Below are positions 38,678 through 53,349 of a stretch of DNA of 64,000 bases, piece after piece. The stretch's first letter is position 1, and every line of letters starts with the position of its first letter. A program made the position numbers and the translations under genes. The notes under the pieces are model-generated. The model was given only the letters and a program-made list of their open reading frames with translations, was not told where the DNA came from and did no database searches. Source of the stretch: Styela clava (Eukaryota); NCBI RefSeq assembly GCF_964204865.1, contig NC_135260.1:5704001-5768000 (forward strand), in the 5' to 3' direction.

Positions 38678-41145
38678 ATGTGGAAACATTCAAAACTCTT
38701 CAATTGCAAATGGTTAATTATGCAGATAATTGGTGAGATCTCACTTACATGAACACTTTTGTATTTCAAATTTGACAAAGAAACGACTTTTGATATTCAC
38801 TTCGGAAATATTTATCAATCAAATTCTCAGCCTTATTCAACCAAAAATATATTAATTTTGATAGCTTACACTCTTCAATTTCCCAATGTTTGAAAAATTG
38901 GATAGTGAATAATTAGATCATATACCGTGGAGAGAAGACTTATTCAACTCACAATATTTAAAATCTGTATTTTTGAATATGAGATATTTTTCTAGCACTC
39001 GAAATTGGTCTGAATGAAGCAGCAAAATGCATGGATTGCTCCAATATCATACTTGGAACAGAGAGCAAGAATATAACACATGGACCAAGTAATAAATACA
39101 ACTGCAACTGTGATTGGACGATACCAACAAGTATGGACACAGATCATGAAACAGCAGTTGTTCTGTTGTTACAAAATGTTTCACTTCCAATAACAACAGG
39201 TAGTGCGAGTACTACAGACTGCTCTGGAGATATCAGATTTCCAAGTAAGCTATATTATACAATTTTACTAATGCTATTCTAACATGAAGGAACAATAAAA
39301 AAACACATTAGTAAATACATAATTGTATCAATACTTTTATAGGCTCTGATGCATACAAATGTGAATTTCAAAGCAACTACTGTCTTGCATTTGCAACTGC
39401 ATCAACCGTTTGCAACATCAGCAAAATCAGAGAGAAAATTCCAGTTGCAAATCACACCTGTGATTCAATCATTACATGGAATGAAGCTGGAGGAAGCCCA
39501 TACAAGATACAATACTATGCAAAAAACTCTGCTGGTTACACAAAATACTTCACAATACAATACCATGTAATAGATTGCAGACCAACAACCACACCTGCAC
39601 TCAGTGAGTAATTTCATTTTTTATGTAATGCTTAATCATGTCTTTTGCTCAATGAATCACAGATATACCAATTTATAAAGAACCATATTTATCACACCCG
39701 GGTGAGGTGGTGGGATGGGGGGAACCTGAGATGTGTATCGTACAACAGGAGTGGGCAAGGTTTTTAGACTAGAGGCCAGAAATTTTGCCCCCCTAGACCT
39801 AGCATGACCACCATGTAAGTATGACGTAAAAAGTTACATTTTTTGAACGATACTTAGTGTTACAAAAGCGAAAGTGGAAAACAATAAGCCTCGTGCCAAA
39901 ACTAAATTTAATCGCAATCTCAACAAATTCTTTAAACTATTTTTTAGCTAAAACAACAAAATTTAGTTTTAGTTTGGTTATGGCAGCATCAGGTGGGCCA
40001 AATTAAATTACCAAACAAGCTGTATTTGGCCCGCGGGCTGTAGTTTGCCCATGTCAGTCCTACATCGTCAACACAGTTTAGGTGTAACACTTTAACCACT
40101 AGGGCCAGGCGACCATGTCCATATTGCTCTTGTTAAAACGATATAACACAACTTTAGGATGTGAGAATCAAACTTTTATTACAAAATTTTAGCAACGGTA
40201 ACTGAGCAAGCAACAACAACAGCAACTCATCAAAAAGATACATCATCTAATAAAATATACTTTGACTCAACCACTGAATCAACCAGAACATCTGGCAACG
40301 TTCAATGTTCAACTGAAAACACAGAATGCAGCAGTTCCCAAACATCACTGATCATTGCTATCCCAGTATCAGGATTCATGGGTTTGATCATTGGAGCTTT
40401 GTTAATGTTCATAATACCAAGGTAAGCATAGATATTGTATAATAAATGAATGTCAATGAAAATGCATAAATTACCAAGTGGGCAATCTATCAAGTACAAA
40501 AAAAATGTGTGCCACTCTCCACCTGGGAGTGATACCTGCTTCAATGATGACAAAATTCAAATACAAGTTTGAAAAAATAAAACCCAATCTCAGCCAATTT
40601 TGTATAACAAATTATTTTGTTGAAAATGTTGCCATTTGCAAAATCCAAGTTTCATGGCAAACTTTTGGATACATTTATTGACTCTGATGACAAAAAAATT
40701 TATATTAACTACAGTTTCGGATCCAATTCCAACTAAATATGCCAAACTTGACTGTTATTGTAGATTCAGTGAAGTCAGAAGCAGATATTAAAACAGCAAA
40801 TGATTACCGGTAGTCTCAATTACAGTATCAAGTAAATACATATGGTAATCATTAACTTTGATTATATTTCTATCGAACACCAGGTATTGTAACAACATGA
40901 AGAAACCAAAGAACAACAATTCGATGGAAATGGGAAGAATTCAACATCAGCAGCCAACTGTCCATGAAAGAACAACATATGAAAACTACACACCAACATC
41001 AGATGAAAGTGGATATGAATATCTGAATCAAGTCGAAAAAAAGAATGAACAAAATGGATATGAAGTTCCGAATCCAGTTGATAACAAGAACGAACAACAA
41101 TATGAGATTATAACAACTGGAAAGGAATATCAATATGACAATTGA
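38678..41145 (+). CDS. Copy 7: intact CUB-like receptor with ITIM-consensus SGYEYL, ~351 aa
   Basis: Exons 38678-38732, 38996-39244, 39343-39603, 40193-40421, 40884-41145 (1056 nt, open). Tail YENY, SGYEYL, NGYEVP, QYEII, YQYDN. Confidence 0.9.
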
Positions 41146-42281
41146 AAGCTTGGACATATCTTTTTTAAAAATCCCAAACTACACCACAGAAATTTTGTAA
41201 CATAAATTTTGGCAAAAATATGAACTAAACTTTGATCAGCTCTCCGAAACAATTTAGAAGTTGTTCGTATCTGTGATATATTCTTCAACAACGTTTTACA
41301 TATTAAATTATATCAATTTACAATTATCTATAAGTAATACATTCGATTCGAAGAACTTTTCCATGCAGTGCCTAATCTGGGGAAAATTATCAATGCAGCC
41401 ACTCAGCTTATTCTACTAATATAGCTAATATGTGAGTGAATGTGTGGACCAATCAAGATCTTTGCATGATAGTGTTTTCAAACCTATATGTACTGTAGCC
41501 CCTTTACAGCACTCTATATATCACATCACCCCCGGCAAATAAAGAAGAAGACAAATTAATAACACAATTACAAAAATTATAATAATAGAACATGGTATTT
41601 GTGAGCCAAATTAGCTTGGGATCTTCAGCAAATTTATTCAATGTCCAGAGATAATTTGGTCAGGTACAGCCTTAGATGGGCAATTTGATTATGTCAAAGC
41701 TAAAAAAAAACAATGGTTCTACTTCTTCGCAAATAAGTAGGTATTTGAGATAACTTGCGACAAAATAATTTGAACTTCTTTTTGCAAAAATTCATTTTGG
41801 TTTGTGATAATTTTGACCATTTCAAGAAAGTATTACCCCCAATCCTACCTCCAATGTGACTCCTTTAACCCCAAGACAAGGCTACTGGCTTCTTATTATA
41901 ACAAAATCCAGTTTACACAACTGGTGACTGACAAATGTCGGTATTTTTACATGCTTCTTAATCGCAATGAATTTGAAATGCTTCTATAATAAGTATTATT
42001 GCCTGTTTTTTTATTTCTATTTTGTTTCTCTTTTGATTTTTCAACTTCCACTTCTAACAATTATGATGTCTCAAAGATTCTATGAAATGAATGATATAAA
42101 TTATACAAATGTCTGATATAGTTGGGCAGTTTTTATGAACAAAAGTCTGGTTAGTAAAGAAGACTTATTTAATGGAAAGGCAGGTTATATCCCAAGAAAT
42201 CTTTCACTCTTGTAAAGACTTAACCAAAATAGTAGAAAAGAAAAGTAAATCACAATAATGATTAGTTTTCTTCATTTAGGT

Positions 42282-42855
42282 CAGGGGTTCCCAAATTGCG
42301 GCCCGCGGGCCAACTCCGGCCCGCGTAACAATTTAAAATGGCCCGCCGAGCTTAGGTGAAACAATGAGATAGATTTTGTTTCTACCTTTTTACAATCTAG
42401 AAACCGCCAATTGTTATGTCATTATCACAGTTTAAGCTCGTGTTCATGGTAACAATTCGATTATGCCGGTATCGCAATTATACGTACCGTATTAGGATTA
42501 CATAGGGCAGTAATTCAGTTATCAGCCGTATAAGAAAAGTTCGAGATGTCGAATAATATACAAGACTCCGAAAACAGATGTTACTCCGATAAATGGCATC
42601 GTTCGTATTTCTGTATTGGAAAGAATCACACTTCAGCGATTTGTCCACTTTGCCAACGAACTATTCAAGTTATAAAACAATACGACATAAAGCGCCATTA
42701 TGAATCAAACAAACATGTTTAAAAAAATGTCAAATGTGAATCCACAGAACCCCAGCTAAACCGTTGCACACCTTCGGGCACTACACTCTTCCGGCCCGCG
42801 AACACCCTTTCGATTCTAATTTTGGCCCGCGGCCAATAAAGTTTGGGAACCCCTG
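42282..42855 (+). mobile_element. Internally deleted hAT (Buster/SPIN-like) element retaining the N-terminal BED-type zinc finger
   Basis: TIRs CAGGGGTTCCCAAA...TTTGGGAACCCCTG; TSD ATTTAGGT/ATTTAGGG; GGCCCGC subterminal repeats. ORF 42546-42722 reads MSNNIQDSENRCYSDKWHRSYFCIGKNHTSAICPLCQRTIQVIKQYDIKRHYESNKHV*. Empty site near 37151. Confidence 0.9.
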
Positions 42856-45755
42856 ATTTAGGGAGTAAGAAAGGTTATCAATGTTGCAATCACAAATCAT
42901 AATAAAACTCTGACTCCGATCAAAGCCTTATCTACTGAAATATGAATAAAATAAAATAACATGATTTTTCCAGTTTCCAACTGTACCAACTCCTTATTGT
43001 CAGTTGAAGGCAAATAAAAATAAATTTGATCTCGAAAGCAAAATAATCTACCATTTATGGTGACCCAAGATATAGATCCAACTCAAAATAAACGCATGAA
43101 TGCATTGCTTAATCAACCTACATTACTATAATTTAAACTAATAAACTGACAAGCAAAAATAATTGCCAGTATTACTAAAAGAACACTTTAAATTGCAATG
43201 TAAGAGTATCTGAAGATGGCATACTTCATGATTGTCAGTCGACATTCTGACACTTTCTTCAACTATGAGTGATAAATCAACTACCTATATACCAGAATCA
43301 ACGACGCTCATAGTATGTTATACAATAAATATCTATAATCAGCAGTATTTGATGAAACAATCATCCATGAGCATTGCTAATAATTTTAGTTTCCATTATT
43401 AGTCATAGGGGGAAACTCATTTGAATTAATTATCCAGAATTTATAAGTTTGGACATTATTAGTAGATTGAAATAAATAACAACAATTTACAAGATATGCA
43501 ACTCAAGAGTCCTGGTACACACTAAAACAGATATAATTCTGTAACGTTTCATCTGACCAAAATCAGACTTCCTCAGACAAGCAGTTTACAACAATGACAA
43601 GAAAAGAACAATCATGCGGTTCAAATGTGAAGATAAATAAATTTGTTTGAAAACAATTGTGACCCAAATAATGAGTTGATTATTTATATTTGGAAACAGA
43701 TTGCGACGAAAAAATACAATTGGACTCTTGAATTGCATAGTATGGTATTTTTATTCCTACTACAGCATTCTTGCATTACATGCATACGATTCCACTAGCG
43801 CAAAGGCATTGAGAAAGGATTGGGAGTTAGTCTCACGCAACCTGTACTGATAATTTACAAGATGTTCCAATAATACGCAAAAGACAATTCCAAGTTTCGT
43901 TTGGCTTCATTTTTCAGCAATGTGGTTGACAAAGGAATCTCACTAAAACTTTACAATAGGTTTGACATCTCAAATGTTTTCTTTCAAAATGGCCTACAAG
44001 AGTATTTTCTCATTCCAAAACAGGATCCAGTCCTACAGTTGAGTAATCAGTATTCCCGTAGTATGTACCAGGTTAGGGTTAGGCAATAATTTTATTCCGA
44101 TTTTTCTTATTTTAGTTCTATCACGAGTTCGGGGACTGTCTATGTTAACCAAATAAATATATCCCCTGTCTGAAATAAATTATACATATGTCAAATAAAT
44201 ATTTGCAATTTTTATTCACGAAAGTCTTCTTCTACTTCGTGAATTAGATTTATTCAATATGAGATTTATCCAAAATTAATGATAAACATGGGGGCCTTGT
44301 GGGCTAAAACTGTCCGGTAGAGGGCCCCGTGAAACAGAAAAGGTTGGGGACCACAGTTATATAAACTTTTCAATCTAATCAAGGCTCCAGACAAGCAGCC
44401 ACAGGGTATTATGAAAAATACAACTTGTATAAACAACTTTATACCCAAAGTTAGCTTTGTCATTCATTAAAACTATAATAATTTGTTAACCCAACTCGTG
44501 TTACAAACTATATCTCTCCAGCAGAAGCTGTAGAAAAACAACCAGTGAAACATATAAGACTGCTGAAATCATAAACAGCATAATACTTGCAGTTCAGCAA
44601 ACTCTAAACAATACATAACCGATTGGGATAACTTTAGGAATGAATGATAAGTAGAACAAAATGAGAGCAAAATGAAAACCAAAATCTATGATGCCCAAAC
44701 TAATCTAACAGGTATTAAACTGTCCAACATATATTGAATATTGTGTTAAAAATTGTATTCTTCTATTCTTGAATAATTCCATATAGATTGTGAAGCAAGG
44801 CAATGTTCCCTGAAGTCTGAATTATAATAGGAGAGAGATAAGCAACATTTATAAATCTGAATCTTATATATGTTCAATGTAATGAGAATAACCTGAGTGA
44901 AGTATATAAAAATATGACATATATATAAATATTTTTTTTTTTTTTGTATTTTATTTAAGAAAAAAATATAAAAATATGAATGAGGGGAACCACTACCCAA
45001 TTATCTCAATAAAAAGGAAAATAAATGTGACTGATGAGTGAGTTAATCTACTTTTTATGGTGACTGTGGATATTGCCCCACCCTAAAACCCACACCCATT
45101 AAAAAAAATTCAATAAATAGTTATAGATAGAAGATGGCTGGATATCTGAAGATGACATACTTCCTGATTGTCGATTGACATTCTGACAATTTCTTCACCT
45201 ATGAGTGATAATTCAACTTCCTATAAACCAGAATGAGCAGTATTCAGTGAGCATTGCTAATAATTTTAGTAGAGGGGAACTAGTTTGAATTAATTTTCTA
45301 GGATTTATAAGTTTAGACATTATTAGTAGACTGAAATAAAAGAACATTAATTTACAAGAATATTTCTGTAACGTTTCATCTGACCAAAGACAGACTTCCT
45401 CAGACAAGGAGTTTACAACAATCAGGAATCTTGGAAAGTATAGTAATGTTCATTCCTTCTACAGCATCCTCGCATTATACGCATACAAATCGACAAGCAT
45501 AGAGGGCATAGAAGACGGATGGGAATTAGTCTTGCGTAACCTAGCACACCATTTACAAGATGTCGCAATAATACAGAAATGACATTTTCAAGTTTCCTTT
45601 GACTAAAAATCTTCCACAAACGGTTTTCAGCAATGTGGCTAAGAATAAAATATCACTTTACAGTATCTTTGACATCTCAAAAGGTTTATTTCAAAATGGC
45701 CTACGAAAGCATTTTCTCATTTCAGAACACGACCCAGTCCTATAGTGGAGTAATC

Positions 45756-45961
45756 GGTACTCCCGTAGTATATGTACCAGGATTAGGCCATGATTTTTTT
45801 CCGATTTTCCTTATTTCAGTTTTATTACAAGTTCGGGGACTGTCTGTGTTGGCCAATTGAATATACCACATCATAGGTTTCAATCAATTCATACAACTTG
45901 ATGTAAAGTAGGAGAACAAAATTAATTACCTCCATATTGGTACATACAATTCTGGAGTGAC
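45756..45961. mobile_element. Merlin-like MITE upstream of copy 8
   Basis: TSD GAGTAATC/GAGTTATC; same TIRs and body as the other copies. Confidence 0.68.
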
Positions 45962-46386
45962 GAGTTATCTATAGATATATCAATGAGTAAGTATATTAGC
46001 AATTCCAAATAATGTCCATCAAGCACTTGCAATCTTACACTTTTATACAAATGACAAACAAAAATGCCAAGACAATACATGACACAAGTAGATCATCGCT
46101 ATGTTGTAATGATATTTCGCCCACATCCTAATTATAATAATAAATATAAGGCAGTAATCATTACAAAATAGAAACCAGAGGGAAGTGTTTCATAGTCACT
46201 GATTCCTATTAACAAGGAGAAATTCTGAATATAAATCAGAAGCTTATTACATCAAGCGTTGAGACAGGTCTTGTATTTTATCAGTTGGATTTTGCCTTTA
46301 GCTATGTTAGTACTGTGTAATGATTTGAGTGATTGAAGAAACAAAGCAAAAAGAAGTTCAAAGAAGTTGCTGAAGATAAACTCAAC

Positions 46387-47800
46387 ATGAGGAAACATTC
46401 AAAACTCTTCAATTGCAAATGGTTGTTTATGCAGATAGTTGGTGAGATCCCACTTACATAAATAGTTCCAAATCAAGAAATAAATGTACATTTGTTACCC
46501 AAAAACATAGTAGCCTGATGAATTCTCATCCAAAGTCATTCATGAAATAATAATTTTAATATTAGATTTTCATTAATATAAGATTTCTAAATTGTTTAAA
46601 AAGAAGAGTAATGGAGTTTTATACAATATAATTCTCAACCATGTATTAGATTGAGAAAATATCAATTCTATACATATAAACTTGTTTTGGGCTTTATGAG
46701 ACTGATGAAAATTGGATGGATTTCGCAATGTTGTAATTGTAAAAACTTATTTCTTTATAGCACTAAGCATCAGTCTGAATGAAGCAGCACCCTGCACTGA
46801 TTGTTCAAATCCAATACTTGGAACAACCACTTCTAAACCAAGTAAATCTTAAACAGCATAAAAAATTCAGTTCAAAAGTAAAACATCCAATCTTGAAATA
46901 AACTTTCCTTTCAAATTACAGCAACAACAAATGGATGGGAAACAACAACAAAATATCCAGAAGAAATTTCGACAACACTCAAAGCTGAACAGACTACAAA
47001 GCTGAACGGTCTACAAACGGAAATTCCGACAACACTGAAAGCTGGACCAAATACAAAAGACAAAAGTAATGAAATTTTATTTGTCAAAACAATAGCAATT
47101 ATCCAATACACAATCATAATAAAAACTAAACTTCATAAATTTCAGTTAGTGGAGCTGAGCAGCAAACAACACTATCTGATTCAGACAGAACTGAATCTCA
47201 TTCAACAACTGATTTGGACAAAAACATCACAGTTACCACGGGAACCAATGGAAGTTCTGATTTATTGACAATTGCAATTCCATTGTCAGGAATAGTTGCT
47301 TTTATCTTGGGAGCTTTGTCAATCTTTGTCATACAAAGGTAACAAGTAAAACAACACTTAGTAGCAATAATTTCTCCACAATACTTTCACTTTGAATATT
47401 GTTTTGAAAATTTGGCGCAATTTCAAGGTTTCGTTTGGATGTGGTTCAACAATATGCTAATAAATATTTTTATTAATATTTTCAACCCAGGTATTGCAAC
47501 AAAAACAAGAAACCGAAAAAGAAAGATTCAATGGAAATTGGAAGCATCCAACATCAGCAGCCAACTGTCCATGAACGAACAACATATGAAAACTACACAC
47601 CAACATCAGATGAAAGTGGATATGAAGTTCCGAATCAAGTTGATAACAAGAATGAACAAAGTGGATATGAAGTTCCGATTCCAGTTGATAACAAGAATGA
47701 ACAAAGTGGATATGAAGTTCCGATTCCAGTTGATAACAAGTATGAACAACAATATGAGGTTGTGAGAAGCGGAGCAGAATACCAATATGAAAATGCGTGA
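46387..47800 (+). CDS. Copy 8: ectodomain-deleted paralog (signal peptide, stalk, TM, tyrosine tail), ~260 aa
   Basis: Exons 46387-46441, 46761-46841 (5' of exon 2 fused to 3' of exon 3: ...CTDCSNPILGT/TTSKP), 46922-47065, 47146-47338, 47491-47800 (783 nt, open; all splice sites intact). Confidence 0.8.
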
Positions 47801-50800
47801 ATGAGTGAAATAAATTCATCCAAACCTTTTGAATTGAAAAACTCGTGTTTTTTAGAAAAAAACACAAGTTATGGATTTCTCTCATGAAAAACTAAAATAT
47901 TTATTTGTATTGAAGTCCAATTCATTTTGACTTCTGACTGCAGCAATGACAAATTGTGGAAGATTTTATAATTTGTGTTGTATTTTTTTTAATCAGATCA
48001 TTGTTTTATCAGAATTCTTCACATAATATATGAAGGATAGGGTTTTGAACTAAATATGAGTAGTAAGTATATTAATATATTTGAGTGTCCATAAAAAGCA
48101 ATAATCTGAGAGGGATTGTCTGTACCCCTTCTTGTCATATTTCCGTTTGTCTGCATTTGATGGAAGTGTGCTCATAATGAATAAAAATGAACGATTATGT
48201 TTCTGAATATCTTGAAAAATTTGATCACTATTTAGCTCTTTAAGCTTCGCTGAACTAATAATGGGTTATAAAGTCATGCTAACAATTGAGTTAAAAAAGC
48301 TAACATCGAGACATCAATAATTATGAGCAAAAGTCGTAAATACTGAATTTAGGAAACTATGATAGTTCCACTCTGTACAGGTTTCACTTTCAACAACAAT
48401 TTTTTGGCTAAAACATTTTAGTACGCACTTCAGCGTTTGAAATGAACTTCATCCTACGTGTCCTAGCTGTATTCCTAATAGCATTGTGCTCAATTATTTC
48501 AAGTCATTATCTACTAGAAACACTGTCCCTTAGAATGTCATTTGACACTTACAAAAAATAGTCTTTTTAGTAAGCAGTTCAGTTTTTTTAAGTCTTTCAA
48601 ACTTCTAGAGCTTGAGACCATTCTTTGATTAAATTTTGGAGAAATATTCATTGCCTACTATAATTATTTCTAGACCCATGCATTAATAATCTTGTGTGTT
48701 GACTTCTGATAGAAGTAAAAAAAAAAAACAGAAAAGAATTTCATATCATGGCAAAGAGAAAAACAAATAATACATGCTTAAATTGGTGTAATGGTTGATT
48801 TTTCAAGTGAAACTATCCCAACAATATAATTTTCAACCCTGTATGAGATTGAGAAAATATCAATTCTATACATATAAACATGTTTTTGGCTTTATAAGAC
48901 TGATAAAATATGGATAACTTTTTTTGTTAATTCAAATACAGTAGACGAAATATAATTATTTTCGAATCGATTTGAATACCGGTAATTGATTTTGGACATT
49001 CCAGGGAACCTACCACTTTCAAACTAATATTTGCGACTGTTTCTGCATGTCTTTTTAAAATATCTTAGTGTTTTGTTTTGTTCAAACCATAATCAGTTTG
49101 CTATTGTTTAAATATAACATAAATAAATTTATTGTAAAATATTGAGTGCTGAACATTATTAAACAATATTTAATGGGAGTCACGACAAAAAGTATCACGA
49201 CACCAGAAAATGCTGTGATTACCTAATCGCCCATAATCTCGCAGTTTTAAAGCAGTTAGTAGTATGGAATAGGTTTGAAACTGAACTTCAAATGAAATTT
49301 GAAAATGACTGAAAAAGTTTAGTTGCAGCAGATAAGATGCAAAAATCCATTGACAGTAACCAGTAATGCTAACCAGTTTACTGATCTCATAAAATTCTGT
49401 GAGACGGTTTTATAGAACCGAAGCGAACCAGCTGAATTCCACCACTGAGCATATCCTACTAGCATAAATACTTACTGAGTGAGTGTGCATGAGTAGGGAC
49501 AAATGGACCAATAAATTTTTGCTTGAGATGTCAAGATGACTAGCGGTATGTTTTTATGACAACAACAGCCTACTCACAATAAAACTAACTCAAAAGTGAA
49601 ATTACAAACAAACACTCAAGAACCACTTGATAATTAATTAATTAATTACTGTTGAGGAGAAGTTTAATTTACAACCATCTCTTATTTATGAACATCTAAT
49701 AACTGAAAAATTTCGGTATTTTTACAAGTATTTTAATAGCATTAAATTTGAAAATGATTCTACATTCTAAGAATGACTCGACTGATTTCTAATTTCTGTT
49801 TTGTTTCCTTTTTCAACTTCCTATTCTAACAAGTATGTTGTCACACAACACAGATTCTGTAAATTGAATGAAATAAATTATACATTCATGTCTAATAAAG
49901 TTTGGCAGTTTTCAAAGTGCAAAAGTCTGGTTAGTAAAGAAGATTTATTCAATGTAAGAGGGAAGGTTATATTCCCAGAAAACTTTCACTCCTATAAAAG
50001 CTCAGCACAAAATAATAAATAAAAAAGTGAATTTTGGAAATTTACTCACGAAAGTAACAGTTATCAGCGGCAGAAATCACAAATCATAATGAAACTCTAT
50101 GACTCTGATCAAAACCTTACCTACTCAAAAAAACAAAACAGCTGAATTCAAAAAAGCATAATCTACCCAACTTCACCAATTCTTCATTGTCAGTTTACAG
50201 CAAATAAAAATAAATTTGACCTCAATAGATAAATAATCTACCATTTATGGTGACTCTGGATATATCTCCAACTCAATATAAAAGACACATGAATTCAATG
50301 CTTCATCAAACTGCATAAATATAATTTAAACTAATAAACTGATAAGCGAAAAATAACTGTGAGTATTACTAAAGAAATTCATCTCGCAATGTACGACTAT
50401 CTGAAGATGGCATACTTCCTGTTAGTCGGTTGACATTCTGACACTTTCTTCACCTATGAGTGATAATTCAACTTCCTATAAACCAGATTCAACGATGCTC
50501 ATGGTACATAACACAATAAATATCTATAATCAGCAGTATTTGATGAAACAATCATCAGTAAGCATTGCTAATAATATTAGTTTCTATTATTAGTCATTCG
50601 AAACTCATTTGAATTAATTATCCAGAATTTATAAGTTTGGACATTATCACTGCTACATACTAAGACAGATATATTTCTGTAACGTTTCATCTGACCAAAA
50701 TCAGACTTCCTCAGACAAGCAGTTTACAACAATGACAAGAAAAGAACAATCATGCGGTTCAAATGTGACATAAATAAATTTGTTTGAAAACAATTGTGAC

Positions 50801-52308
50801 CCAAATAATGAGTTATTTATATTTAGAAACAGATTGTGACGAAAAAAATACAAACGAACTCTTGAATTGCATAGTATGGTATTTTTATTCCTGCTACAGC
50901 ATTTTTGCATTATACGCATATGATTCCACTAGCACAAAGGCATTGAGAAAGGATTGGGAGTTAGTCTAACGCAACCTGTACTGATAATTTACAAGATATT
51001 CCAATAATACGCAAAAGACAATTTCAAGTTTGGTTTGTCTTCATTTTCCAGCAATGTGGTTGACAAGGGAATCTCACTTAAACTTTACAGTAGGTTTGAC
51101 ATCTCAAATGCTTTCTTTCAAAATGGCCTACAAGAGTATTTTATTATTTCTAAACAGGATCCAGTCCTATAGTTGAGTAATCAGTACTCCCATAGTATAT
51201 GTACCAGGTTAGGGTTACGTCATAATTTTATTATGATTTTCCTTATTTTAGTTCTATTACGAGTTCGGGGACTGTCTATGTTAGCCAATTGAATATATCC
51301 CCTGTCTGAAATAAATTATACATATGTCAAATAAATATTTGCAATCTAACAGCTGTCCAACATATATTGAATATTGTATTAAAAATTGTATTCTTCTATT
51401 CTTAAATAATCCAATTATAGATTGTGGAGCAAGGAAATGTTCCTGATATCCGAATTATACTAAGAAAGAATTAAGCAACATTTATAAATCTGATTCCTAT
51501 ATATGTTCAATGTAATGAAAAATCCTGACCAGGGTTTATAAAAATACGTATAATAAAAAGGAAACCACTACCAACTCCTCTCGGTAACATGAGAAATAAA
51601 TGTGACACATAAGTACAATAATCTACCATTTATGGTGACTGTGGATATGGCCCCACCCAAAACATACACGCACTTTAAAAAAATTGCTATAACATTATGG
51701 ACAGAATAAAAGATTAAGAATGAGAATCCCAACAGTTTAAAATAGGGAATAAGTATTTACACAATAATTAAATGAATGGACTACTGTGTAGAAGGTTAAC
51801 TGTCACATAAACAAAATAGTAAATCACTCTGCTACATTGATTTATGATTTGAGCTCATATTATTTGAGGATTAATTTTTTAAATTCATTGTTTGTCTACA
51901 TTTTAAATTAAAAATATTCAAAATATTTAAATATTATCATAATGTAGACTCAAACTTTATGTAATACTGGGGCAAATATACACATTGTCGATAAGGTACA
52001 TACCATATTAATTTTCTAAATTAAACTTCAAAATATCGCCCTTTCGTTTCTTTTGGCTGATCTAACAAAAAGGTTTTGAAATAATGCTCAACAAAAAATA
52101 TTTTTCTGTTCAAGCACTTTGGAATGTTCGATCCTTCTCGCCATCTATGTTTCCAAGGTATTGTGTTGCTGAATTTTAAAAAACCAAACTAAACTAAATT
52201 GATAATTACAATAAGCACTTGGCTCATTCAGCAAGTAAATGACATACAACTGACATTTGCTTTCACTTACCCCACTCACAACAAACTGAAAGGCAAACAA
52301 CAGCAAAT

Positions 52309-52514
52309 GGTACTTCAGAAAGTATGTGAACCAAGATGGCGGATACCAGACCATAATTTTATTCTAATTTTCCTTATTTCAGTTCTATTACGAGTTCGGG
52401 GACTAGCCAAGTGACTCCTGTAGTATTTTACCTGAAATTATGACCTAACCCTAATCTGGTACACATACTAGGTTCCGGTGTCCACCATCTTGGCTAACAT
52501 ACTTCGGGAGCACC
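52309..52514. mobile_element. Related Merlin-like MITE subfamily (second copy at 57175-57345)
   Basis: Long TIRs GGTACTTCAGAAAGTATGTGAACCAAGATGG...CCATCTTGGCTAACATACTTCGGGAGCACC; TSD CAGCAAAT/CAGCCAAT; empty sites near 19421 and 32201. Confidence 0.7.
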
Positions 52515-53349
52515 CAGCCAATAAAATGACATAAAGAAGTGTGATGATAATAATAAATTAATAAGCAATTTTGGTTTTATGCGATAAAAGTGAGGTCGTT
52601 CGATTGCTCATAGTTTCCCGACCACTGCAATACACCACTTGTAAGTTTTAGTGTATTCATATGAAGTGATATTCACAATTAAAACAAGTGGCAATGTTGC
52701 GGTTGTGTAAGACATGCTGGGCAAGATCCACATTTATTCAGAAATAGAAGGTCAATGATATCAAGTTAATCTCTCATAAAACAATCCCCAGTAATGTGAC
52801 TAATGTAGAAATCTAATTCAAATTTTTTGTAGGTTTGATATCTCAAAAATTCTTTGGTACCTAGCCTGTTAATTAATTTCCCCATTTCTGAACAGGACCC
52901 AGTGACCTTGCTAACTTGCACTCATCGATCAATAGCAACAAACTGGTTTAAGACCTAGCTGGTTGTCCTATGATTCCAATGTCAGATATATTACTTACAA
53001 GGGAATTATTACGTTCCCACAAGATGCCAAGATAATATGTAACAAGTAGATGATCATCAAGCTTACTGTAATGATATTTCGCCCACATTGTGTAATCTAA
53101 TAATGAATATAAGTCAGTAATCATTACGTAGTAGCAACCAGAAAGAGGTGTTTTATATTCACTGACTCACACTAACAAGGAGAGATTCTGAATATAAATC
53201 AGAAGCTTGTTACATCAAGTGTTGAGACAGGTCTTGTATTTTGTCAGTTGGATTTTATCTTCATCTATGTAAGTATCGTGTAATGAATTGGGTGATTGAA
53301 GAAACAAAGCAAAGAGAAGTTTGAAGAAGTTGCTGAAAATAAACTCAAC

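Noticed and set aside
44070-44083. GGTTAGGGTTAGG as interstitial telomeric repeat
   Set aside because: Only about two units, always at the same internal position of the Merlin-like MITE.
47615-47750. 45-bp direct repeats as a CRISPR-like array
   Set aside because: Units are contiguous with no unique spacers, lie in frame within a spliced eukaryotic exon, and no cas genes are present.
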